Sequence record: SRR31156797_4650
Direction: 5' to 3' (one strand)
Length of the DNA: 64,000 bases
The notes under the pieces were generated by a model. The model saw nothing but the letters and a program-made list of their open reading frames with translations. It was not told the origin of the DNA and made no database searches. Within the stretch, counting starts at the first letter, position 1. Each line of letters begins with the position of its first letter. A program made the position numbers and the translations under genes. Below are positions 19,312-29,415 of the stretch, piece after piece.

Positions 19312-20063
19312 TTCTATCCATCTCCGACGTTGAATTCACCTATGGAGCGACTCCGGTCCTTTCCGATGTCAACTTCCAACTTGACGGTGGCGAACTGCTC
19401 GCAATCCTCGGCCCTAATGGTGTCGGCAAAACCACCCTGTTAAAATGTATTAACGCCATTCACCGTCCGTCCGCAGGGGCTGTCATGGTCGAAGGACGGG
19501 ACATCCTGACCATGCCGCCCCACGAAATAGCTTTGGGGGTCGGTTATGTTGCCCAGCAAAGTGAAGCTGCACGCATGACGGTCTTTGATGCGATATTAAT
19601 GGGTCGAAAACCCCACATTCAATGGCGCCCCACGGAAAACGACCTGAAGATAGTGGACTCAGCCATAAAAAGACTCAACCTGAAAAAACTGACTCTACGC
19701 CACATTGACTGTCTAAGTGGCGGCGAATTGCAAAAAGTTGCCATTGCACGTGCCATGGTTCAGGAACCAAAGTTGATGCTCCTTGACGAGCCAACAAGTT
19801 CTCTTGACCTTAAAAGTCAGGTGGACATCCTGACAATGCTCCGCCGCGTGGTCGATGAACACCGCATCAGTGCTATCATGACTATGCACGACCTCAACAC
19901 GGCCCTTCGCTATGCGGATAAAGTCCTCTTTCTCAAAGATGGCCGCATTCATTCAACCGGCCCGGCCTGCGCAGTCACCGCTGATGTTGTGGAAGAGGTC
20001 TACGACCTTCCGGTCCACATTCATACAATACAGGGGCATCCCATGATCGTCCCTGCCATTTGA
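19308..20063 (+). CDS. ABC ATPase (FecE/BtuD-like)
   Basis: GPNGVGKT, LSGGE, LLDEPT and MHDLN motifs. Confidence 0.94.
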   Translation: MILSISDVEFTYGATPVLSDVNFQLDGGELLAILGPNGVGKTTLLKCINAIHRPSAGAVMVEGRDILTMPPHEIALGVGYVAQQSEAARMTVFDAILMGRKPHIQWRPTENDLKIVDSAIKRLNLKKLTLRHIDCLSGGELQKVAIARAMVQEPKLMLLDEPTSSLDLKSQVDILTMLRRVVDEHRISAIMTMHDLNTALRYADKVLFLKDGRIHSTGPACAVTADVVEEVYDLPVHIHTIQGHPMIVPAI

Positions 20064-20084
20064 CCTCATTCAAAGGAGAATTCA

Positions 20085-20696
20085 ATGTCCTGTAATTTTT
20101 CATCTGATACTATTGATAAAACAATAGAATTCCACGGCCACAGCTGCCCAGGGCTTGCCGTTGGCATCCGTGCTGCAGAACTTGCTCTACGCGAGCTGGG
20201 CGATTCCCCTGATGTCGACATGGTAGCTGTTTCCGAAACCGACATGTGTGGCGTGGATGCAATCCAATTCCTTACCACCTGCACGTACGGCAAAGGAAAT
20301 TTCCTCCACCGCGATCACGGAAAGATGGCTTTTTCATTCTATGACAGGAACAACGGAAAAGGCTTCCGAGCTTTCATCAAACCCGGGATCAAAGATGAAA
20401 TAGACAACGAACTCGCAGTTCTCATGCGCAAAGACAGCGATGGCACAATCACCTCCGCCGAAAAAGATCGTATAACGGTCCTCCGCAAAATGCTGCAGGA
20501 ACTTTTCATGGCACTGGAATTAGATGACATGTTCGTCATCACTCAGCCCAAAGAGCCTGTCCCGACTCCTGCTCGAATTCTGGAAAGTCTGGTTTGTGAG
20601 TGCTGCAATGAATCCGTCATGGAATCCCGCACACGCAGATTGGGTGGCAAAACCCTCTGCATCCCCTGCTTTAATGAACGCGAACAGAAAATCTAA
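20085..20696 (+). CDS. FmdE family protein with C-terminal zinc finger
   Basis: FHGHSCPGLAVG, CGVDAIQ and TCTYGKGN motifs; C-terminal CECC...CIPC. Confidence 0.88.
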   Translation: MSCNFSSDTIDKTIEFHGHSCPGLAVGIRAAELALRELGDSPDVDMVAVSETDMCGVDAIQFLTTCTYGKGNFLHRDHGKMAFSFYDRNNGKGFRAFIKPGIKDEIDNELAVLMRKDSDGTITSAEKDRITVLRKMLQELFMALELDDMFVITQPKEPVPTPARILESLVCECCNESVMESRTRRLGGKTLCIPCFNEREQKI

Positions 20697-20719
20697 CGAT
20701 CATAAGAATCTAAAATAAG

Positions 20720-21571
20720 TTAGTGCGAGGATTGCGTTGAAAGTCGATGACGAAGCTTGTGAACAAAGTCCGTAATAATCCCGAAACAACCGGCATTAAT
20801 CAACGACACAGCTTGGTCCATGTCATTGACAGTATATGGATTGACCTTGATACCGCGACTAGCAAGGTCTCTCACCAATTCTGGATCGATAATGTCCTTG
20901 TCTGGGTGGTAGCCAATCGCGCCAAGCAGTTTAAGATATCCCGGGATATCGTCTGGATGCTCTTCTTCTGCCAAAACGGCTAAGGGCATATCCGGGGCAA
21001 GATAATGCATTCGAGTTAAATAGTCATGGTTGAAGGAAGAAAGCAGGATAAGATCTTCGGTTTCAGTTTCATGCGCCATTTTCAAAACATCATCAACGAT
21101 GGACAAATCGCCTGGAGACTGAAGCTGATCCTTGATTTCAACGTTCACGGGGAGATTATGCCGACGAGAGAATTCCAATGCTTCCCTAAGTGTAGGAATC
21201 TGTAGACCGACCATTCTATCAAGAGTCTCGGTTGAAACTTCTCCACTGGCAATAGTACCAAATGGATCTTCCTCAATAAACCAGGAGCCGGCATCAAGTT
21301 GTTGCAACTCTTCGCAAGAATATTCATGCGTCGCCCACGGCGCAACCCCGGTAAAGCCAACATTCGAGGCAACATCCGTGGTACGCGACAAAACGTCATC
21401 ATGGAACACCATAAGGGTTCCGTCCGCCACCTTGTTGACATCAAGTTCCCAAAAATTGGCCCCCATCTTCACAGCCAACTCAGCCGCAAGCATAGTATTC
21501 TCAGGCGCAAGAGTACGTGCACCTCGATGAGCACCAACGTGCCCTACTCCGGGTAAAAAATCGAAAAACAC
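20720..21571 (-). CDS. Glycerophosphodiester phosphodiesterase
   Basis: AHRGA...PENT, ELDV, FHD, NVEIK, SSF and IITDF motifs; GTG start abuts the potC stop. Confidence 0.92.
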   Translation of the reverse strand: MFFDFLPGVGHVGAHRGARTLAPENTMLAAELAVKMGANFWELDVNKVADGTLMVFHDDVLSRTTDVASNVGFTGVAPWATHEYSCEELQQLDAGSWFIEEDPFGTIASGEVSTETLDRMVGLQIPTLREALEFSRRHNLPVNVEIKDQLQSPGDLSIVDDVLKMAHETETEDLILLSSFNHDYLTRMHYLAPDMPLAVLAEEEHPDDIPGYLKLLGAIGYHPDKDIIDPELVRDLASRGIKVNPYTVNDMDQAVSLINAGCFGIITDFVHKLRHRLSTQSSH

Positions 21572-22426
21572 TTACTCTTCCTTCTTCGTGAAATAAAGAT
21601 TGACCATGGCCAACAACGACGTTCCAACAATGAGCATCAAGGATATCGCATTAATAACCGGCGTACTACCGTCTCGAACCTGCAAGTAAAGGTTGATGGG
21701 CAAAGTCGGTTCCGATCCTACGAGAAACAACGTGGTATTGAAGTTCTCGAAGCTCATGAGAAAGGCCACAGCTCCCGCGCCGATAATGGCCGGACGCAAG
21801 AATTTCAAGGTGATATGCCAAATAACGCCAAGTTGAGTGGCTCCCAAGTTCAGGGCTGCTTCCTCCAGCGACTTGTCAAACTTACGCAATCGAGCCGAAA
21901 CAACGAGTGTTACAAAAGTCGTAATAAACGAAAACTGACCAAGCACGACAAGCCAAAAACTGGGACGAAACAGGTCAAAATCCAGTCCGAAGCGCTCATC
22001 AAAAAACGTTCCGGCAGTATTCGCTGCAAGCAACAGAGAAATACCGAGAATCACACCCGGAATAACCAACGGGGCCAGCATGAGGAAATAGAGGACACCC
22101 TTAAAACGAAAGTCCTCTTTTTCAAATAGAAAGCTCGCACAGGTCCCAACCACTACGCTCAAAATAGCAACAAAAAAAGCGGTCTGAAAACTCGTCAAAA
22201 TGGACCGCAAATTCTGGTCATCAAAAAAAAGACCGACTCTTTCTGGCCCAGAAGAGACAAACCAGTCAAGACTAAATCCCTGCCACGGCAAGGACGGATA
22301 GTTGGAGTCATTAAACGCCAGAACGCAGGTAACGAGAAGCGGCGCGAATAAAAAGGTAAAATACGCAATAATAAACAGAGTGAACGACCAGTTGTAGGTA
22401 CGGCTTCTTGGCAAGGAACGAATCAT
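21572..22426 (-). CDS. ABC permease (PotC-like)
   Basis: EEAALNLGAT (EAA loop); ATGA overlap with the upstream permease. Confidence 0.9.
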   Translation of the reverse strand: MIRSLPRSRTYNWSFTLFIIAYFTFLFAPLLVTCVLAFNDSNYPSLPWQGFSLDWFVSSGPERVGLFFDDQNLRSILTSFQTAFFVAILSVVVGTCASFLFEKEDFRFKGVLYFLMLAPLVIPGVILGISLLLAANTAGTFFDERFGLDFDLFRPSFWLVVLGQFSFITTFVTLVVSARLRKFDKSLEEAALNLGATQLGVIWHITLKFLRPAIIGAGAVAFLMSFENFNTTLFLVGSEPTLPINLYLQVRDGSTPVINAISLMLIVGTSLLAMVNLYFTKKEE

Positions 22427-23277
22427 GATGCCACCTCCCCAAGCTTCTGGCCCGTAACCTTTAAACCTGCCCAAATAATAAGAGAACTGAGAATAAGCAA
22501 CAGGAAGCCGAAAGCCGAGCCCTGATTCCAGTTGAAGCTGGCAATAAATTGATTATAGATTTGTTCGGTAAACCAGAGCGAATTCTTGCCGCCCATGAGA
22601 TTCGGCGTCAAATAGTTACCCAATGCCAACATGAAGACCACAATGGAACCGGAAGTTATACCGGGCTTGCAATGTGGAATAATAATAGTCCGCCAGATGG
22701 TGAAATGCCCCGCTCCAAGATCGTGCGCGGCCTCAATGAGGCTATCATCAAGGCTGTCCATAACGGAAATCAACGGCACAACCATGAACAGCATGGAAGT
22801 ATAAACCAATCCCATGATCATTGTCGCATCATTGTAAAGCATTTCGATAGGAGTATCGATAACACCCAATTTAAGCATAAAGAAATTCAGCACGCCGGAT
22901 TCCCGCAACAAGATCATCCATCCATAAATACGGACAAGCTCGCTGACCCAAAACGGAAGCAACAACAGGATCATGAGTGCACCCTGCACCCGCGTCCTTG
23001 CCAGTTTGGCGATATAAAACGATACCGGCATGGCAAGCAGGAATGTAACAAACGTCGTGATGATTGCATAGAGTGCAGTGCGGACAAACGTCAGCCAATA
23101 GACTGGTTCCGTAAAGAAATTCATGTAGTTCTGCATGGTCCAAACAACATCGCCATAGTCATTTTCACCCCGGAAGCTCATGGTCAGGAGATCAAGATGC
23201 GGCAACACTATTAATAGCAACAACCACATGATGACCGGTGCGAAAAATATCCAAAAACCAAGGCGGGAGCGTTTCAT
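22423..23277 (-). CDS. ABC permease (PotB-like)
   Basis: LPFWVSELVRIYGW and LIEAAHDLGA motifs. Confidence 0.9.
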   Translation of the reverse strand: MKRSRLGFWIFFAPVIMWLLLLIVLPHLDLLTMSFRGENDYGDVVWTMQNYMNFFTEPVYWLTFVRTALYAIITTFVTFLLAMPVSFYIAKLARTRVQGALMILLLLPFWVSELVRIYGWMILLRESGVLNFFMLKLGVIDTPIEMLYNDATMIMGLVYTSMLFMVVPLISVMDSLDDSLIEAAHDLGAGHFTIWRTIIIPHCKPGITSGSIVVFMLALGNYLTPNLMGGKNSLWFTEQIYNQFIASFNWNQGSAFGFLLLILSSLIIWAGLKVTGQKLGEVAS

Positions 23278-23278
23278 T

Positions 23279-24361
23279 CTACGCCTCCGCCTCAAAACAG
23301 ATACCGGACTCAGGATGCCAGCCAATGGCAATTTCATTCCCCGGTTCAATATAGTCGAATTTCCGATTCTGGGGGAGCGTGACCAACAGTTCGTGATCTT
23401 CTTTGGTCACCGTCAAAAGACGGCTGTTGGCCCCATCAAACAAAATACTTTTCACCGTGACATTAAAGGTGTTCAAACCGTCTTTGTTCCGAGGCTCAAT
23501 ACGTATTGCTTCGGGTCTGAGAAACAGGTCCACCCTCTTTCCATCACCACAAAATCCGTGCGACTTGGTACGGAAAGAATACCCCTCATCAGTGGAGATA
23601 AGGACGTGTCCATCAATCTGCTGAGTTACATGCCCACTCCAGATATTGTTGTCCCCAACGAACTTTGCCACGAATGGCGTTGCAGGTTTGCCATAAAGTT
23701 CCTGCGGCGTACCCACCTGTTCAAATCGACCATTATTCATCACGGCCACTCGATCGGACATGACAAGAGCTTCGGACTGGTCGTGGGTAATATAGATAAA
23801 AGTCGTCCCGACCTTGGCCTGCAACTTCTTTAACTCCACTTTCATCTGTTCGCGAAGTTTGAGATCAAGCGCACCAAGCGGCTCATCAAGAAGCAACACC
23901 GAGGGTTCCAGCACCAGACATCGGGCAATGGCCACCCGCTGTTTCTGACCACCGGAAAGCTGCCCTATCTGTTTGCTACCGAACCCCGGCAGGCCAACAC
24001 GTTCAAGCATGGTTTCAGTTTTCTGTTTAATTTCAGCAGCACCAAAACCCCGCCGTTTAAGCCCAAAGGCTATATTCCCGGCCACGTCCATCATGGGAAA
24101 CAAGGCAAGATGCTGAAACACAAGATTGACCGGACGCAAGTTGGGCGGCACACCAAGCATGTCCTTCCCGCGAATCTCGATCGCACCGGAAGTAGGGCCT
24201 TCAAAACCGGCAATCATGCGCAAGAGCGTTGTCTTGCCGCAACCAGACGGCCCGAGAATAGAAAAAAAAGAACCGGTGGGGACATCAAATGTCACATCAT
24301 CTACAGCGGTAAAATCACCAAACTGCTTTACCATATTTCGAACGGATAGGTCGTTGGTCAT
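23279..24361 (-). CDS. ABC ATPase (PotA-like)
   Basis: GPSGCGKT, LSGGQKQR, LLDEPLGALD and THDQSEA motifs; TOBE tail. Confidence 0.93.
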   Translation of the reverse strand: MTNDLSVRNMVKQFGDFTAVDDVTFDVPTGSFFSILGPSGCGKTTLLRMIAGFEGPTSGAIEIRGKDMLGVPPNLRPVNLVFQHLALFPMMDVAGNIAFGLKRRGFGAAEIKQKTETMLERVGLPGFGSKQIGQLSGGQKQRVAIARCLVLEPSVLLLDEPLGALDLKLREQMKVELKKLQAKVGTTFIYITHDQSEALVMSDRVAVMNNGRFEQVGTPQELYGKPATPFVAKFVGDNNIWSGHVTQQIDGHVLISTDEGYSFRTKSHGFCGDGKRVDLFLRPEAIRIEPRNKDGLNTFNVTVKSILFDGANSRLLTVTKEDHELLVTLPQNRKFDYIEPGNEIAIGWHPESGICFEAEA

Positions 24362-24389
24362 AGCTCTTCGTGGAATTAAAGATTAAATA

Positions 24390-24419
24390 AGGCGGGGAGT
24401 CCCATCGGACACCCCGCCT
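24390..24419 (-). terminator. Intercistronic stem-loop after the binding-protein gene
   Basis: AGGCGGGG...CCCCGCCT with an inner GTCC/GGAC pair; AT-rich tail on the minus strand. Confidence 0.6.
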
Positions 24420-24445
24420 CCAATACCTTGGATGCGTAACTTTGG

Positions 24446-25510
24446 CTAGTTGGCAGCCTTGATCTTATCCAAAACCTTACCTTCGATGCTCTCCAGCTTG
24501 GCCGGGACCGGCGGGTACCACTTGATATTATCAATGGTAGCCTGCGGGAAGGAACGAGCAAAGTTGTCAGCCACAGCCTTGTCAGTGAACTTCAGTGCAC
24601 CCTGAGAAGCGGTGGCGTACTTTTCCTGAGAGGAGAAGTAGCCAGCATTTTCAGGCTTCATGATGAAATTGATCCACTTGTATGCGGCGTCAACATTCTT
24701 GGCCTTGGCAGGAATGGCAAAGGTGTCAATCCAGCCCAATGCGCCCTCGGAAGGAGCCTTGAAATCAATGGCCTTGTTATCAAGATGCAGCTTCCATCCG
24801 CCTGCATCCCAAGCCATGGCTACGAAGACTTCTTCGGAACGCATGGATTCAAGCAAAGAATCACCATTGGCCCAGTAGTTCTTCACAACAGGCTTGGCAT
24901 CAATCAGGGTCTGAGCGATCTTGTCGAGCATGGCCTTGTAGGCTGTGACATCACCATACAAAGAGAAAGGATCGTAGCCGAGGGCAAAACCCATGGCGAT
25001 CAAAGTAGGTCTCTTCAGACGGTAGCTGACGCGACCTTCATATTTGGAATCAATCAACACCTTGAAGGAAGTTGCCTCTGGAGCCTTGTCACTGTTGACG
25101 ATCAGGCCGGAGGTCCCCCAACAGAACGGGACAGCGTGAGAATTGCCGCCAACGAGAGTATTTTTCTTCACCGCATCCAGCATGGACGGAATGAACAAAG
25201 CAGCGTCAATCTTCGAATAATCAAGCGGCTGGTAAAGCTTGAATTTTTCCTGCACGGAGGAAATACGATCCTGAGAAGGTTGCGCCAGATCAAAACCAGC
25301 ACCGCGTGTAGCACGCAATTTGGCGATCATTTCTTCGTTGTTGGAAAAAGTAACTTCAACCTTGATTCCGGTTTCCTTTTCAAAAGTATCAATCAACTTT
25401 TGAGGGGCATACCCTTTCCATGTCAGCAATTTCAGCGTTTCCGCATGGGCTGTTCCGGCAAAAGCAAACATTGCCAGAAGAGCGAACACGATAATCTTCT
25501 TCACGGTCAT
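24446..25510 (-). CDS. ABC substrate-binding protein (PotD/PotF-like)
   Basis: Signal peptide; LLTWKGY, FEKETGIKV, SNNEEMIAKL and PSEGALGWID motifs; RBS AAGGAG. Confidence 0.9.
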   Translation of the reverse strand: MTVKKIIVFALLAMFAFAGTAHAETLKLLTWKGYAPQKLIDTFEKETGIKVEVTFSNNEEMIAKLRATRGAGFDLAQPSQDRISSVQEKFKLYQPLDYSKIDAALFIPSMLDAVKKNTLVGGNSHAVPFCWGTSGLIVNSDKAPEATSFKVLIDSKYEGRVSYRLKRPTLIAMGFALGYDPFSLYGDVTAYKAMLDKIAQTLIDAKPVVKNYWANGDSLLESMRSEEVFVAMAWDAGGWKLHLDNKAIDFKAPSEGALGWIDTFAIPAKAKNVDAAYKWINFIMKPENAGYFSSQEKYATASQGALKFTDKAVADNFARSFPQATIDNIKWYPPVPAKLESIEGKVLDKIKAAN

Positions 25511-25766
25511 ACTCCTTATTAAAAATAACAACTGAACGAATTATCTCATTTTTAATACAACCATGTAAGATTTTATACAACCGAGAAATGTTACAACTTG
25601 GTGTACTCTGAATCGTTGCAAAGATTTTTCTCCCGAAAATTCAATACAAAATAGCTATCATAAGCACTTTTTAAATCACAAAAAAAGGCCGCCCAGTTTT
25701 CTGGACAACCTCTTATTTCCTTTAAAAAAACAGCCCTCATTCAGGCAAGTCACATTGAACACTCAA

Positions 25767-26786
25767 TCACATGGCCTTTCTTGCAGCAACCATCAACCCA
25801 CGATTGGTGTCGGAAACAGGTTGGCACCGGATATCCTCAAACCCCAGCGTTTCAAGAATCCCGGTTAACTTCTCCTGCTCAATAAAATGCGAGGAATAAC
25901 CGCACAGATGAGTCAGCAATTCAAGTGACGCTTTGCTCATTTCATATCCGGGCTTTGCATCCTCAGAATAATGCTGAGAAACATACCATCCTCCTGGCTT
26001 CAAACCTTCGGCAATCCTTTCCAATGCACCTACAAGATTATCTTCAAAAATGTACAAAACATGTGAGGTGAGAATCAAATCAAATTCACCGGCAGGCAAA
26101 TGGTCCTTTTTAAAATCTATCCCCTGCGTTGTAATCCGATCACCAAAACCAAACCCGTCGCATCGGACCTGCGACTTCTCGGCCACAGGGGGCAAATCAA
26201 AGATAACCCCGTGCATATTCTTATTCCGCTCAAGTACCCCCATGGTGAACATACCATGATTGCCACCGACATCTCCCATGACCTTGAAATCCGCGAATCC
26301 AGGCAAAGAAGCCGTAAAATCAATCACAGGGGACAACGGTCCAGCCATGGCACTCTGCGCCGTTCCATCCATCCCTTCATCGCCCCCCCAGTCCTTCGCG
26401 GTCTCTCTGACATTGACTTCACCGCCACGGACAAGCTCCGAGATATCATCTTCCACCATCGCATTAAAATGCATGGTCAAACGCATGTTGCTCCCCTGAT
26501 AAAGCGGCGCACTACTCACCAAAAATTCAGACGCACGCGGAGTATTCCGGTACATATCGTTTTCTTGAACAAGCAATTCTGCTGCCACCAAAACATTCAG
26601 AAGCGGCTCCAATCTCTCAATTTTGGCTCCCATCTCATCGGCAAGCTCTGATGCTTTTCGCGCCGAGCCATCGAGCAAATCAAAAATTTTCAATTCCACT
26701 GCACTCATGATGACCTTGGCAGTGAAAGATTGCATCAGCATGGCATGTATAGGTTCAAAATGGTTCTGAGGTTTTGTGACAAGCAT
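25767..26786 (-). CDS. SAM-dependent O-methyltransferase with N-terminal dimerisation domain
   Basis: AVELKIFD, DVGGNHG, FDLP and GxDF motifs; RBS GGAGA. Confidence 0.88.
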   Translation of the reverse strand: MLVTKPQNHFEPIHAMLMQSFTAKVIMSAVELKIFDLLDGSARKASELADEMGAKIERLEPLLNVLVAAELLVQENDMYRNTPRASEFLVSSAPLYQGSNMRLTMHFNAMVEDDISELVRGGEVNVRETAKDWGGDEGMDGTAQSAMAGPLSPVIDFTASLPGFADFKVMGDVGGNHGMFTMGVLERNKNMHGVIFDLPPVAEKSQVRCDGFGFGDRITTQGIDFKKDHLPAGEFDLILTSHVLYIFEDNLVGALERIAEGLKPGGWYVSQHYSEDAKPGYEMSKASLELLTHLCGYSSHFIEQEKLTGILETLGFEDIRCQPVSDTNRGLMVAARKAM

Positions 26787-26800
26787 ATGTTCTCCCATGT

Positions 26801-26815
26801 GTTTAGGTGCTAAAC
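26801..26815. promoter_or_regulatory. MarR operator 2
   Basis: GTTTAG-GTG-CTAAAC, the same core as 27298-27312. Confidence 0.65.
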
Positions 26816-26831
26816 TTATTTGTTAAAAATT

Positions 26832-27290
26832 TTATTTCAAATAATTGTCCATCCACAAATTCATCTGTTTGCCAAAATCACGAATCGTTTCATATGAGGC
26901 ATCATCAAGTTGACTCAAATATTCTACAAAACCCTTGTCATGCTCTCGATGGAAGGCCATATGATTATCACTGGCCGTCTTTCCAAGATCTGTTGTCCTA
27001 ATAATCACCCGTGCTCCATGTTCAGGATCGACTTCCTTCATAAGCAACACTTTTTTAACAAGTTTACCAACCAATTGGGAAACAGCCCCTTTGGTGGTAC
27101 CAAGCTCTTCGGCCAACTCGGTCACTCCGATCCCATCATGTAAATTCACAGTGGTTACCATGTGGATTTCTGCTGAATACAACGGCATACCCACACCAAA
27201 ATCATACGATTTTCTGTCAACAAGGGAGTGCTTCGTCATGGCTCGACTAAACTGCCTAAGCATTGGCATCATCTCTTCAAAGGTTCTCAT
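26832..27290 (-). CDS. MarR family regulator
   Basis: Winged helix: VTELAEELGTTKGAVSQLVGKL...LTDLGK. Confidence 0.9.
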   Translation of the reverse strand: MRTFEEMMPMLRQFSRAMTKHSLVDRKSYDFGVGMPLYSAEIHMVTTVNLHDGIGVTELAEELGTTKGAVSQLVGKLVKKVLLMKEVDPEHGARVIIRTTDLGKTASDNHMAFHREHDKGFVEYLSQLDDASYETIRDFGKQMNLWMDNYLK

Positions 27291-27292
27291 AA

Positions 27293-27317
27293 ACTGTGTT
27301 TAGCAGCTAAACACAGT
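27293..27317. promoter_or_regulatory. MarR operator 1 (autoregulatory)
   Basis: Perfect 12-bp inverted repeat ACTGTGTTTAGC-A-GCTAAACACAGT, 2 bp from the marR ATG. Confidence 0.75.
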
Positions 27318-27356
27318 AACATCAAGGTTTGATTCAAAAGTACAAAACACGCACTA

Positions 27357-28889
27357 TTAAACAGACAAATCCGAAGCAATCTCAGCGCGTTTAGTGTGTT
27401 CTTTAAAAAGTATGGTAATAAATGTACCCGTGTCAGGCTGTGTTTTCATGGAAATATCTGCTCCATGTGTCCGCGCAATAAGAGCCGCAAAATAGGTCCC
27501 AAGACCGGTTCCATTTTCCTTGCCATGCGTCACATATTTATCAAAAAAACGCCGCCGCACATCTTCATGAACAACTTTCGAATTGCCAATGGCAATGCTC
27601 TTCCTTCCATCATCACTAAAATAAACGGACACATGATCGCCTCGACAAGAGGCCTCAATACCATTCTGTATTAGATTTCGGAACATGGCACGCAAGAGAG
27701 GCCCTTCTCCTGGGACAACAAACATTTCGCTCCCGTCGACATCCAGACCATTCAATTGCATCTTAATGGTCACCCCCATACTCTCCAGCATCGGACGAAA
27801 TTCTTCCTCAAGCCCACACATGATTTCCACTAAGTCAACCGAACTTCGGCTGAGTGAATATATCCCCTTTTCCATCTTGAAGATATTGAGCTGATTCCGA
27901 ATCATGTCGAGCATCCGATATCCGGCGGCACGGACCCGCTTGATATGTTTTTCCTGACGCGAGTTGAGATCCCCTTCACTCAAAAGCAGTTCAGGATATC
28001 CGATAACAAGACTCAGCCCGGATTTAAGATCATGACGATTAATGCGTTCCACTTCCTCCCGAATCATCTCGGCTTGAGCACGCTTCTTTATCTCAGAAAG
28101 AAGTAGGCGGTTATTCTGCAACAATTCAAGCTCATTGCGTTTCAATTGCATAGTCCGTTCTTCAACGGTTTCTTCCAACATTTCCTGATGATTGCTCAAT
28201 TGTTGATCGCGACTCTGAATCTTACCCAACATGGAATTAAACTCCGCAACAAGCACACCGAGTTCATCATCGCTATCGTAATCAACACGTCGGGAATAAT
28301 CCTTGTTTGCCGAAATCTCCCGCACCGTATCAGTCATTTGCTCCAGCGGATCGCCAAGCCTGCGGCGAAAATGAATGGCAACTCTGTAGCAACAAAACAA
28401 AATCACTGGGCACGACAAAAATGCAATAAGAATATACCCTTGCATCATGCTCCATTGATCTTCCAAAGAGAGGGTGACGACCAACACGCTGCCATGCAAA
28501 TCAGAAGGAATAGGCATAGCAACCGTCACAGACGATACCCCTAACTCAGACAGGGATTCTTCGGCCTCGATTCGCTGCGGAGCATGCCCATACGCAGCAA
28601 ACGGAGTAACATTATCTACATAGACTGCAGCTCCCATGACATCTGGAATGAAGGAAAGGGTTTCAAGACTCTCCTGTGCTGCAGAGGCATCATCAAAATC
28701 AACAGCTGCAACCAACGACGCAGCCATCAACTCAGCCTGTGCAATGGTCCTGTTGACTGCCGCCTGCCGAAACTGAATAATCATGGGCATGAGATTCAAC
28801 ACGAAAGCCAATACCAACGCGATGCTTGTAGTGCCAAGGATAGCAGCAACTATTTTCCGTCCAAGCGGGGTCAGCTGTTTACTGCTCAT
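27357..28889 (-). CDS. Membrane sensor histidine kinase (periplasmic CHASE8-like, HAMP, HisKA, HATPase)
   Basis: Two TMs; AAVDFDD periplasmic motif; HAMP DYSRRV...DELGVLVAEFNSML; H-box RHDLK; NLIQNGIEA; GKENGTGLG. Confidence 0.9.
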   Translation of the reverse strand: MSSKQLTPLGRKIVAAILGTTSIALVLAFVLNLMPMIIQFRQAAVNRTIAQAELMAASLVAAVDFDDASAAQESLETLSFIPDVMGAAVYVDNVTPFAAYGHAPQRIEAEESLSELGVSSVTVAMPIPSDLHGSVLVVTLSLEDQWSMMQGYILIAFLSCPVILFCCYRVAIHFRRRLGDPLEQMTDTVREISANKDYSRRVDYDSDDELGVLVAEFNSMLGKIQSRDQQLSNHQEMLEETVEERTMQLKRNELELLQNNRLLLSEIKKRAQAEMIREEVERINRHDLKSGLSLVIGYPELLLSEGDLNSRQEKHIKRVRAAGYRMLDMIRNQLNIFKMEKGIYSLSRSSVDLVEIMCGLEEEFRPMLESMGVTIKMQLNGLDVDGSEMFVVPGEGPLLRAMFRNLIQNGIEASCRGDHVSVYFSDDGRKSIAIGNSKVVHEDVRRRFFDKYVTHGKENGTGLGTYFAALIARTHGADISMKTQPDTGTFITILFKEHTKRAEIASDLSV

Positions 28890-29415
28890 GGGCTTCTCCC
28901 CGATATATTGTAGCTATTCGAAGTAATCTTGAACTAATGTTCAACCCCGCCACTTCGCCTGCATGCGGATTGACCTGCAACTTAAGTTTACCGCCAACCA
29001 TACGAAAATTAATGACCACTCCCTGACGAAGATTCGCAGGACTTTGCCCGATAGTCAGCACAGGCATTTCTGCTGTCCGCTTCAAAATTGCGGCAGCCTC
29101 TCTTTTGGGCGCGCCATTGATAACAAGAATATGAACACCATCCGCAGGCCATTGCACCAACCGAAACTGCGATGATGAGTCATTGAAATATGGCTTGAAC
29201 TTTTTGGAATCAGTTGCAGCGATGACATACGGTTCGCCCGGTTCCGGGCCTGCCCCTACAGGCCATTTCACATACTTGACCAACCGCTGCACATACAGGG
29301 CCTGAAGTTGTTCACTGGTCGCGGTCAAAGGTTTGTCACCGCCAAGGACTGACACTGGACACAAAAACACTGTCAAAAGAAGAAGCGTTATGATCAAAAA
29401 ATAATCACGCTTCAT
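28879..29415 (-). CDS. YfiR/HmsC (DUF4154) periplasmic protein
   Basis: Signal peptide; YVKWP, PVLTIG, INF, VNP and GLNISSRLLRIA motifs typical of the YfiR family; TAATG overlap with the receptor gene. Confidence 0.85.
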   Translation of the reverse strand: MKRDYFLIITLLLLTVFLCPVSVLGGDKPLTATSEQLQALYVQRLVKYVKWPVGAGPEPGEPYVIAATDSKKFKPYFNDSSSQFRLVQWPADGVHILVINGAPKREAAAILKRTAEMPVLTIGQSPANLRQGVVINFRMVGGKLKLQVNPHAGEVAGLNISSRLLRIATIYRGEAHEQ

